DNA of 64,000 nt. It comes from Felis catus. Taxonomy: Eukaryota. The DNA lies in NCBI RefSeq assembly GCF_018350175.1, contig NC_058368.1, positions 125,056,001 to 125,120,000 of the forward strand. The letters are read 5' to 3'. The notes under the pieces are model-generated. The model was not told where the DNA came from. It searched no databases and saw nothing but the letters and a program-made list of their open reading frames with translations. A program made the translations under genes and the position numbers. Of this stretch, positions 52,961 to 64,000 are shown piece after piece (within the stretch, counting starts at the first letter, position 1; every line of letters begins with the position of its first letter).

Positions 52961-53821
52961 CTTTATTTGTTTTTAAGTGGGCTCCATGGCCAATGTGGGA
53001 CTCAAACTCATAACCCTGGTTAGGCATGGCCTAACCATTTGATGGAAGTAGTATCTGCTTTGTACTATGACACTCACCTCTTTGTTCTAAATACCTCAGG
53101 AGGGGCTCTAGAGATGGGATCCATAAAGTGAGTTAGCCCCACAGATTATCTAGGACAAAAATACATTGGTTTAATATGCTCATGATATTTTACCTGTTAC
53201 ACAAAGATTAGCAATAATGTGTATATAAGGCACTATACAATTCCTGGCATGTAGAAAGCACTTATACAGTACCTGTTACTATTTTGTAAGTAAGAGATAA
53301 TGGCTGATGTGATTATTATAAATTCTTAAGAAGTGATTCTTCAAAGCTCTCTCTACTGCACCCAGATGAATACAGCCCCATTTTCACAGCCTTTCTTCTT
53401 TCTCAGTTTATGTTTTTTAACTCTGTATCTGGATTCTTCCGTGTGGAGCTATCTCAATCCTATTATCACCTGCCAGGCTAATCTGTTGACTGTTCTGGTT
53501 TCCAACACTCTTCTGCTCTGCCCTTGGAAACACATCTCCAAATAGGAATGGGTCAACCACTGCAGCTGTCCCTGATTCCAACTTGCAAAGCTTTCAGGAA
53601 CAGAACTTCCTCAGGGCCACCTGAACTTTGCCAGGCCTGAGAGCTGCTGGCACTACCAGACATGGCCTCTAGGGGCACTCGGGTCTCTCTAGTCACCAGA
53701 GCTGCAGTGGGCAGGTAGATATCACAGGAATGGACGCTTTTACATGAAACAAGTTCTTGATCTTAATGTAACTAGAAAAACACTAGACTGGTTTTATTTG
53801 CACAGTTCCCAGGTTCTGTAG

Positions 53822-54805
53822 GGTATGATAAAATATTTGCAAACCTGACAAATGAATAGTATCTAGAATACATAAGAAAATCTCAAAACTCAATAGTGAA
53901 AAACAAACAATGCAATTAAAAAATAAGCAAAAGACATAAAGAGACATTTCCCTGAGGAAGACACACAGATGGAAAAAAAAAGCACATGAAAAGATATTCA
54001 ACGTCATTAGCAACTAGAGGATTTCAAATTAAAACCACAAAGAAATACCACCATGCACGGCTAAAATCCAAAACACCGACAGGATGCTGCCAAGGATGTG
54101 GAGAAATCCAATCACTCATGCAATGATGGTGGAAAATGTAGAATGGTACAACCACTCTGGAAAAGAGTCTGGCAGTTTCTTTAAAAATGAAACAGTTACT
54201 ATACTACCCATCAGTTGCACCCCTGGGTATTTATACCGGAGAAATAAAAAATTATGTTCACACAAAATGTGTACACTAATGTTTACAGTAGTTTTATTCA
54301 TAATAGCCCCACAATGGAAACATTTCAGATGTCCTTCAAAGAGTAAATAGTTAAACAAATGATGTTACACCCATATCATGTAACACTACTCAACAAAAAA
54401 AGGAAACAAACTACTGATGCACACAACTTGGATGCATTTCCAGGGAATTATGATGAGTGGAAAAAAAATCCAAAAGATTACAGAATATATGTTTCCATTT
54501 ATCCAACATTTTTGAATGACAAATTAGAGAAATGGAAAACAGTGATAGGTAGGAGTCAAGGAACAGGGTAAGTGGTAGGAAGTAAGTCTGATTACAAAAA
54601 AGCATTGTGAGATATGTGGTAATGGAAATATTTTGTTTTGTATCTTGATTCTATCAATGTCCATGTCCTGGTTGTGATACTGTTCCATAGTTTTGTAAGA
54701 CGTTACCATTAAGGATAAGGGGTAAAAGGATTATGGAATCGCTCTGCGATATTTCTTACAATTGCATTTAAATCTCAAATTATTTCAAAATAAAAAGTTT
54801 AACTT
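53822..54805 (+). mobile_element. Old L1 ORF2 end and 3'UTR (L1MC/MD-like)
   Basis: aaatatttgcaaac...atctagaatacataag...caaattaaaaccaca...gtacaaccactctggaaa...tatttcaaaataaaaagttt. Confidence 0.85.
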
Positions 54806-54911
54806 CATAATGGAAAAACGCTACTTACAATTCAGCAATTGTTCAATATTGGCATAATTTACTAATATTGATCATTAGTTACTTTGGATTTACCTGTTAT
54901 GCCCTTAGTTT

Positions 54912-55115
54912 CTTAATGTGTGTTTATTTTTGAGAGAGATAGAGACAAAGCGTGAATGCGGGAGGGGCAGAGAGAGGGAGACGCAGAATCCGAAGCAGGC
55001 TCCAGGCTCTGAGCTGTCAACACACAGCCTGATGCAGGACTTGAACTCACCAACCATGAGATCATGACCTGAGCAGAAGTCAGATGCTTAAATGACTGAG
55101 TCACCCAGGCGTCCC
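54912..55115 (-). mobile_element. CanSINE
   Basis: TSD acctgttatgccctta / accttttatgccctta. Confidence 0.9.
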
Positions 55116-56409
55116 ACCTTTTATGCCCTTATTAAAGTCATTTTACTAATTTAAATATGACCAAACTCCCTACCTCCAACCCACATACACATGCACACAC
55201 ATGTACACACATTTACCTAAATATTAAATACTTCTACTCTGCAGGTCTAGTGTGGTGCCTAGCAATCTATATTTCTAGTAATCAGATAATTCTGATACAT
55301 ACTAAAACACTTCTTTAGGTGAAATTTGGTATCTTTCCCTATCATTCTAAATTAATATTCCAAAGTCACCTATAAGTGATCAAGCAGTGTCAGTGATAGG
55401 ACAGCACTTTGCCAAGCAAACATCTTCCCAGGAAGTCTGGCTCCTGCTATTTCATAGGACATGTTTCCTATTGGAGTGCATAGCCTCCTACTTCCTGTGT
55501 GCATTAACACCATCTTTGCTCACCTCTCCAGACTGTACAGGTGACCCATTCAGTTGCATCTGGAGGAAAAACATGGCATTGAGAGTCTTGGGTTCAAAAT
55601 GAAGGTCTTTTGAAAAGTACAGATGTTCTGACCTTAAAATAAAACTCCTACCGTTACAGTTCTGGATCTTGCAAATGGTAAAGAATGAGAAGAAAGTTTC
55701 CTGTCAAAACAAAAGCTCTGGACTCCATGTAATCATATATTCTTGTCCTGGGGTAAAGGTTTGCAGCTAAGCTAAGGGATAGCATTTCCTCCTAAAATCT
55801 ATTTAAGGCAAACAGGGATTTAAAAAGACACACAAGTTACCTCTGATACCAAATAGCAAGAATTAAAACCTGCACTAGACAGCTGCTTGCTTCCAAAAAT
55901 GTCTTGGCAGGAACACAGCTGCAACTTTTCTGAAATCTGAGGAATCAAATTCAGAGAGAAAGTTGGGGGCTAAAGAAATCAAGACTTTAGAATACCAAAG
56001 CATTAGAAAGTTGAGGGGAATGTCATCAAGTAGGCAAGTAATTCATGCCAAATAAATCCATGTCAAGGCAGAGGAGCAATGCAATGAGGCTGGGAAAGGG
56101 AGATAGATACACTTTTATATCCTAGCACTTGAAGACCTTTTCCAACATACTTTATGGCCAGGTGTGGACTCTTCTATCAAGCAAGTGGGCTTTCTCCCAG
56201 AGGACAAAGAGATAAACTGTATGTTTTCTTCTCTCTGTTAGAGGCAGGTATGGAAGAATGAACATGGACTGAACATTCCTGAAAACTCCACTTGGTTTTT
56301 GTACTGGCCAGAGAACTTGGCTTCACATAATGAAGATCTGGGATAATTAAGCAAAGTAGGAATTAATCATAAGGAAACTTAAAGAATCTAGCTCAGAAAA
56401 GGAGTGTGA

Positions 56410-56893
56410 GGGGCATCTGGGTGGCTCAGTCGGTTAAGCCTCTGACCTTGACTCAAGTCATGATCTCACGGTTTGTGAGTTTGAGCCGCACATTGGGCTT
56501 GCTGCTGTCAGGGCAGAGCCTGCTTTGGATCCTCTGTTTCCTCTCCAGCTCGTGAGTGCAAGAGTGTTCTTTGTCTCTCCCAAAAATAAACATGAAACAA
56601 GGGAAGGAAGAAAGAAAGAGAGAAAAGGAGTGCAGGGGTGCCTGGGTGGTCCAGTTGGTTGAAAGGCTGACTTTGGCTCAGGTCATACTCTTGCATTTGT
56701 GGGTTCAAGCCCTGCATCAGGCTCTGTACTGACAGCTCAGAGCCTGGAGCCTGTTTCAGATTCTCTGTCTCCCTCTCTCTCTGCCCCTCCCCCACTCATG
56801 CTTTGTCTCTCTCTCAAAAATAAACATTAAAAAAAGTTTTAAAAATAATAATAAAATAAAATGTTTAAAATTTTTTGAAGAAAGAAAAAATGA

Positions 56894-56937
<44 letters not shown>

Positions 56938-56938
56938 A
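56410..56938 (+). mobile_element. Two tandem CanSINEs, the second with a (GAAA)n tail
   Basis: Heads at ~56410 and ~56635; agaaaaggagtg repeated at junctions. Confidence 0.88.
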
Positions 56939-57193
56939 GTGTGAACTGAGGTGGGCTAAGCAGTTAAGCCCACTGCCAAGGTCATGCCAGCCTGGTTGGG
57001 TGCCATTGCTGCTGCAGCTACTACTGCTATAAACTGAACGCTGCCAATGGCTCTGCTACCATTGAGTACTGAGGGGCACCACTGTTGTCGACATCACTAG
57101 GGAAGCCATCTCTTCTGAGAATAGGATAAATCAGAATGAAAGGTCCTAATGATTCAGGGCCTCCAGAAGTGTAGCCTATAAATTTGTATTTTA

Positions 57194-57407
57194 ATTGTTT
57201 TTCAACGTTTTTTATTTATTTTGGGACAGAGAGAGACAGAGCATGAACGGGGGAGGGGCAGAGAGAGAGGGAGACACAGAATCGGAAACAGGCTCCAGGC
57301 TCCGAGCCATCAGCCCAGAGCCCGACGCGGGGCTCGAACTCACAGACCGCGAGATCGTGACCTGGCTGAAGTCGGACGCTTAACCGACTGCGCCACCCAG
57401 GCGCCCC
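57194..57407 (-). mobile_element. Young SINEC_Fc-like SINE
   Basis: TSD ataaatttgtattttaa on both sides. Confidence 0.95.
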
Positions 57408-57975
57408 ATAAATTTGTATTTTAAAACATAATCCTCAAAGTGATTTTAAAGATCTCCCGATTTGGGTAGCAATTACTTAAATATGGAATACTAATTGTGT
57501 TATTGTTCTTCTCAAGGCTTTCCTGTTTGTTTCATGTTCAAAATTACTCAATGGCTTATTACTACCTATGGAAAATGAGGTTCAGATTCCTTAGGCTGGC
57601 ATGCAGTACCCCAGGTTCTCTGGCCCTACCCCATTTTTCCAGACATGTCCCCCTCTCTCCTCTGTGTACTCAACACAGCAGTCCCACTGGACTACCTTGA
57701 TCATTCCACAACTGTGCTGATACTCCTCTTGGCTCTGCTCCCATTTTTACCTGCTGAAATGTCTTCATTTTTCAGGTCACCTCCATCACAAGTTTTCCTT
57801 AACTACTTCTCAGCTTTCTCTGACACATGTCTTTTTCAATACATCATATTATGACGCTGATATAGATTTCTGACATATATGGTATTTATAATAATAGATA
57901 ATAATCTTTGCATCACCTATTATATATACAATAGTACCTGATTCATAATAGATATTCAATAAATATATAAACAAG

Positions 57976-58099
57976 GGATGCCTGGGTGGCTCAGTCAGTT
58001 GAGCATCCAACTCTGGATTTCAGCTCAGGTCATGATCCCAGAGTCATGGGATCGAGGCCCCGTATCAGGCTCTGCACCGAGCGTGGAGCCTGCTTAAGA

Positions 58100-58153
<54 letters not shown>

Positions 58154-58245
58154 GTCCCTCTCTCCCATTCACGTGCATGCTGTCTCTCTCAAACTGAAAA
58201 AAAAAAGTGTGTGTGTGTGTATATGTATATATATACAATATAAAC

Positions 58246-58280
<35 letters not shown>
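57976..58280 (+). mobile_element. CanSINE followed by (TG)n, (TA)n and (CA)n microsatellites
   Basis: Head at ~57976; aatataaac / atataaac flanks; (CA)n at ~58249-58280. Confidence 0.85.
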
Positions 58281-58285
<5 letters not shown>

Positions 58286-60740
58286 CCATTTTGGGAAAAT
58301 TTCCAGTCAGATTTATAAAGTACATTAACCACAATAAATGTCTCCAATCAGGGGCAGAGCTGGCCACAAATTCTGGTGTTCTAAACAACAGTCCATTTTT
58401 CACATTTATAGATCATGATTCCTTAACACGAATGGATGATCACACTAAGTCCCCTCAACTACAAATGTTGCTTACACTAAAACAACTGAATACCAATACA
58501 ACTATGTTTTACATAGTTAGATCATGCCCCTGCCCTCAAAAGTTAAAATTAAGAATGTCTATTAACTTAAAACAAATATTACACAAAGATCATTCCTGTC
58601 TGTGGTAGCCAGAGATAAATACTTCATTGTAAATATGTGGCAGTGAATTTGGCTTAGAAAATTCCAAAAACCAAGTATCTACTTTTTTAAGGGCTTAACC
58701 ACAAAGAAAAGGTTGCTCATTTACCTCCCAGGTCAAAGTTTGAAGGCTGAGAGTGATTGGCACAATGGTGTGTGGTTAAAAAGGTAGAAGGACTGAGTTT
58801 TGGATTTCATTTCTGTGGTCACCTTATTTCAGAGAGCCATTGCTGTGAAATTATAAACAAAGTACTTCCATTTTTCTCTGTATCTTGAATGTTTCTTCAA
58901 ACTAAATTTACAAAACCAAGTCAAGCCAAAATGAAAATAAAAAAACCAAAACAAAGCCCTTAACTCCTTTGCTTTGACCTGGCAGATCAGAACTACATAA
59001 ACATAGAGGTGAAATAAGTGTGGGGAAGGGCTTTATTGATGGAACTGTGAGGTGGTCAGTGAGTCTGGAGATTCCATCCAGAATTCAATCCATACTCAGG
59101 AAAGGACTGTGAAAAAAGCCTCAACATAGGATGATCCCATGACTCTTCATTTATTCAACAAACATTTACTACATGTCTGGCACTGTAGGTCTTGGGGTAA
59201 GTAAGACATAGTCTGTCTCCTCATAGAAATTATCGTTCAGTGAAGAAAATAACTAACAAATGTTTGTACAGATGATCATCCTGCTGTGGTGACAACAGTT
59301 CCTACAAAGGAGATGCATGCAGTGTATCCTGAGATTGTGTAACAGGGGTCCCAACACCAGCTCACTTCTTGGCCTCTAGACTTTTAGTATTTACCTCTAC
59401 TGTTTGTCCTCAGTTTGCTTAGCTCTTCATTTTACTCATTATGTCAGTCCTGTCTATTCCAGCTCCCTGTTCTCCAGAGCTCTGGCAAATCATAACACCT
59501 GTGTCACTTTTATGCATCCAGAATTTGGAAAAACCAATATTATTTTCTGCATAGTACCCTAGTCCGGCCAGAGCTAATTAGAAGAATTATCATCGTGGAT
59601 GATCCCAGACAAGATTCTTTAGATTCCTATCATTCTAAAACAGAATCTGCATTGTCTACAGAAGGTAGTGTGGGAGGCCTGCATTAAATGACAGCAATCC
59701 ATGCCCCCCCCCCGCCCCTGCCCCGGGAACCACCAACAGTCCTCTCTCTTTCCTTCAGTGGCAACGGGAGTGTCATCATAGCCTCTATGAGATGATGCCT
59801 CACGTAAAATGCTCATAGACAGGTTTTTTCCTGCTGCACCCTCCGGGGGTTGGGAGCATTATCATTGCTCAGGAATATTTACCCAGGCCAGTATCTATAA
59901 TCTTGACCAGCTAATACAATGCCCACAAACTGATAAAGTTCTTGATTTTCACATTAGTTTTTCTTATTTCCTTTTAGGTCATAAATATGGAGACCTGCTA
60001 TGCTCAAAGATGCCCAATTGTGGACATCAATCTGTGGAGAGGTAAAACTGAGGATGAGAAGGATCAACAAAGTTCTGTACAACCCGTTTATGCAGTCACA
60101 CAACATTTGTTCACCCTTCTACATACCCTTCTGGGTTTCATGCTAAAGAAGATTCAAGGTGAGAAAGATACAGTTCCAATTTCTAGGCAATAGGTTCGAC
60201 TGAGCTGAAATAGAAAGATCACCCTCAAACAATAATATTGATGGTAAAAAAAAAAGCCTAACAAAAAATTTTAATACAGAGTTAAGCTTGAAAGCAAGTA
60301 AAGGAAATTCCCAGGTGCTAGGGACACAAAACAGGAGTTGGAGCCAAACCCCTTAAGAAAATATTGACAAATCAATATTAGCCTCAGAGGCCAAGGACTA
60401 TAATATTAGTGGTTTCATGGAGATGAGAGGTGAGGATTTGAGCTTCCCCCAAAAACCAGGCTCACAAGGCCGCTCTGCTCATGATAAAGAAATGGAAGGA
60501 CACTGACCACTGATGAAGGAAGGGTCAAAGAAGCTATTTATCCACCAAGGGAAGGTGGCATCCATCAGAAATCAGAACCTCAAATCTGTGTCACAAGTGT
60601 GAGAGGCTACAAATTCAGACTATCCTGTGGAGATGTGAACACCAAACCAAAAGATTAACCTAGAAACTTTTCCAGAGCCACTGAAAACTTTAGGACTCTA
60701 GAAAAGGTATCACATAACTATCTTGAAGAGATGTCCACCA

Positions 60741-61161
60741 TGTTGAGAGTCCCCAAAACCATGCTGAGGTTCAGTGATTTGCTAGGAGGACTCACAGGAC
60801 TTAACATATAGTCATACTCATGGCTAGGATTTATTATACTAAAAGAATACAATGCAAAGCATAATTGGCAAAGAAAAAAGCATATGGGCAAAGTTCAGGG
60901 AAAACCAATTACAGTTTTCCAAGAGTCTGCTCCCACTAAAGTCACATAAGACACATTTAATTCCCCTAGCAAGGATTTGTTGCAACATGTGAATGTTCCC
61001 AGAGCACCTGGGTGGCTCAGTCAGTTAAGCGTCTGACTTCGGCTCAGGTCAGGATCTTGCGGTCCCATGGGTTCGGGCCCCTGTTGGGCTCTGTGCTGAC
61101 AGCTCACAGCCTGGAGACTGCTTTGGATTCTTGTCTCCCTCTCTCTCTCTGCACTCCCCTG

Positions 61162-61193
<32 letters not shown>

Positions 61194-61440
61194 GTCAAAA
61201 ATAAATAAACATTAAAAAAACAAAAACATGTAAAATGTTCTCTACCAGGGAAGCTCATTAGAGACTCAGAGTCTGTTAATTAGGCAGTTGGTCAGGTAGG
61301 CATCCTCTCCCTATCTCATACCCAGGTGCAAGACTCTCAAGAGGAAAGTAAGCGTTCATCATAAGCCAAATTGTACAATTTAAGTAGAGAGAACCACTCT
61401 GATCAGTCCTGAGAATAGTGGGACCACTCCTAAAATCTAA
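60741..61440. mobile_element. MER21-like ERV LTR interrupted by a CanSINE (~61001-61225, plus)
   Basis: tgttgagagtccccaaaacca...tcagtgatttgctaggaggactcacaggac...; aacatgtgaatgtt / aacatgtaaaatgtt around the SINE. Confidence 0.75.
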
Positions 61441-61553
61441 GTGTGAGATATAGAACCACAAAGACATCTTAAGTATTCTCATCACACACCAAAAAGCTAA
61501 CTATGTGATATGATGGATGTGTTACATAACTTGATTGTGAGAATTCTTTCACA

Positions 61554-61601
<48 letters not shown>

Positions 61602-62589
61602 AAAACATCACATCGTACACTTTAAATACAATTTTGTTTGTCAGTTATACCACAATAAAATTGGGGGCAAGGGAGGGGGAGCAAACATAAACAAACCAAC
61701 AAAACCCAAATCCATTTCTGTTAGTTACAACCAAGAATCTTGATGTATATAAGAACAATCTGGGGGCACCTGAGTGGCTCAGTTGGTTGAGCGTCCGACT
61801 CTTGATTTCAGCTCAGGTCATGGGCTCACTCTCCATGAGTTTGAGCCCCACAATCTGAAAGATACTTTAAAATAATATATGGGCTCTGGAGCTTCAAGAT
61901 TTTTGGCACCTGGTGAGAGAAACATACACATAGAGACCTAACTATATATAATTTGGAAAATGCTGTAACAGACACACCTACAAAGCACTCTGCAAACCCA
62001 ATGGAGGGAGTCTTTTTGTTGTTGAGTGGAGCAGGGTTCCAGGTCAGGCTTCCCCAGGAACTGACAAAACAGGAACTGAGTGTCTAAATGTCCATAAGAT
62101 TTCATCATACAAATAGGAGAGGGAAAAGATTTGTATTTAAAGGGAAAGACATGATCAAATGTACGGTAGGAGGAAGCTGAGTTTGAAGATAAAGTAACTT
62201 AGGGTATGAGCACCATTACATTTAAGTTTGAAGAAAAAATAGGGAGGGTATCTGAAGAAGGATAAGGAAAATTAAGGCAGATAAGTAGGTAGAACTAAGT
62301 TCTATAAAACCTAAAATTGACATTCCAAAATATTTGAACACTATTCTTGTTGGATTTCTGTCACTTTTAGAGCCAAGGCATATCGGACCATCACCTGCAT
62401 GAGCTGGTGGGAGAGGAGTGGGTCACTGAAATGAGGAATGGATTGGAGCCAGAGGGCAATCATCCAGCCCCAAGGCTAGTCACTGAAAACAGGACAAAAA
62501 CCAGTAAATTATTTTAGGTTTAAAGAGCCTTCTTCAGATAAAAGAACAAAGAGGAAACAAAAGACATACTGGAGAAACAGAAAACAATT

Positions 62590-62873
62590 AGCAAGATGAT
62601 AAATTTAAATCTAACTATATCAATAATTACAACCCTAATTAAAAGACAGAGATGATCATGTATCAATTTTGGCTCATCAGTTGTGTTATGGACTGAATTT
62701 TGTCCCCTGACAAATCCCTTTCTTGAAGTGCTAATCCAGAGTGACTATATCAGGAGATATGGTTTTAAGAGCTAATTAAGGTTAAATGAGGTCATAGGGT
62801 GGGGCTCTAATTCAGTAGAACTGTGGCCATATAAGGAGAGGAAGAGAGGTAATCTCTGTCTCTGTCTCCCTAT

Positions 62874-62921
<48 letters not shown>

Positions 62922-63872
62922 TTTTACCGAGAAAAGGAAGAAGGTGTCATCTGCAAGCCAGGAAAATCGCCTTCACCACCAGTGACTGAATAGACTGGGT
63001 CCTTCGTCTTGGATGTCTGTTTCCAGAACTGTGAAAAATAGTATCTGTTGTTTAAGCTACCCAGTCTATGGAATTTGTTATGGAAGACAAAGCTGAGAAA
63101 AAATGCAACCAATGTACTACATTAAGGCAAGAAGTCAATAATAGGGAAACAGGAGTGCAGGAATAAAGGGATCTATGGGAACGCTAGTAGTTTTCACTTA
63201 ATGTTTCTGTAAAGTCAAAACTGCTCAAAAAAGATAGTCTATTAGTTTTTTTAAAGGCGGAAATTGTCCAACTGGTTATAGAAGCAAGATTCCCTATATA
63301 GCACATGTTAAAAATGCACATTATAAAGACATAAAAGGTTAAAAGAGAGAGGACAGGAAAAGATATATCAGACTAACGCTAATCAAAATAAAGCTGAAGA
63401 GCCTATATTAATATCAAGACACAAAAGGTTTGAAAGCAGAGAGTCTTTCCAGAGACACAGAAAGTCAATTCATAATGATAAAGTGTCAACCTACCACAAG
63501 GACACAACAATCTTAAACATTTATGCAATAACAGAGCTCCAAATAAACATAAAGCAAAAATGTACAGAACTGCAAGGGATAGTAAATAAATCCATAATTA
63601 TAGTCAGAGATTTCAATAACCCTCTCTCAAGAATTAATAGAACAAATAAAGGAAAAGTCAGTAAAGCTATAGAAGACTTGAACACTGTCAACCAACTTGA
63701 CCTAGTCAGTGATTATAGAACACTGCATCCCTAAACAGCAGAAAACATACTCTTTTCAAATGCATACACAATATTTACCAAAATACATCATATTTTGAAA
63801 TCTTGACAAATTTTAAATGATTCAAGTAATTGTATATTTTATGGCCAGTGTGAAATTAAAAATCAACAACAG
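62590..63872 (+). mobile_element. Ancient L1 ORF2 endonuclease region containing an L1MC-like 3' fragment (~62655-63250), itself split by an MLT1 LTR (~62684-63099)
   Basis: ORF TILNIYA...IIVRDFNNPLS...DL..DYRTLHP matches L1 EN; taaaagacagagat / taaaggcggaaat flank the insert. Confidence 0.8.
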
Positions 63873-63873
63873 A

Positions 63874-64000
63874 GGGGCACCTGGGTGGCTCAGTCAGTTG
63901 GATGGATCATGACTCAGGTCATGATCGCATGGTTCGTGAGTTTGAGCCCCACATTGGGCTTGCTGTCAGCCTGTCAGCATACAGCTCACTTCAGATCCTC
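63874..64000 (+). mobile_element. CanSINE running off the right edge (another partial head at ~61762-61852)
   Basis: ggggcacctgggtggctcagtcag head. Confidence 0.85.

Larger units (their letters stand above)
10323..60031 (-). pseudogene. Candidate fossil or unannotated multi-exon gene upstream of, and co-oriented with, MIER3 (product unidentified)
   Basis: Minus-strand exon-like blocks in unique sequence: 60031-59883, 58842-58725, 56337-56151, 55936-55841, 55700-55652, 55559-55524, 53771-, 51702-51396, 45138-44965, 43875-43682, 40944-40526, 40384-40250, 38384-, 34426-34380, 27721-27526, 27166-26938, 15746-15574, 12441-12292, 11910-11686. Most have AG acceptors and GT donors; scattered stops and frameshifts. 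Confidence 0.5.

Overview
Mammalian (felid, cat-like) genomic DNA, not prokaryotic. It carries many carnivore tRNA-derived CanSINEs, including near-identical young Felis-type (SINEC_Fc-like) copies. The left 9.8 kb holds the 5' end of MIER3 on the minus strand: a CpG-island promoter and coding exons 1-3 ([29 protein letters not shown]...IEDLEK), with the gene running off the left edge. The other ~54 kb looks intergenic and repeat-rich (SINEs, a 3 kb carnivore L1, older L1/L2, MaLR/ERV LTRs, hAT DNA transposons). However, the unique islands between repeats contain a chain of about 15-20 exon-like segments on the minus strand. Most have canonical AG/GT sites, several have compatible phases and frames with few or no stops, and one has an internal in-frame repeat diverged only at codon positions 1 and 3. 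My reading is a decayed (unitary-pseudogene) or unannotated multi-exon gene in tandem just upstream of MIER3. I cannot name the protein from the sequence alone, and this call needs cross-species alignment. Repeat subfamily names are from recalled consensus and need RepeatMasker/Dfam confirmation.
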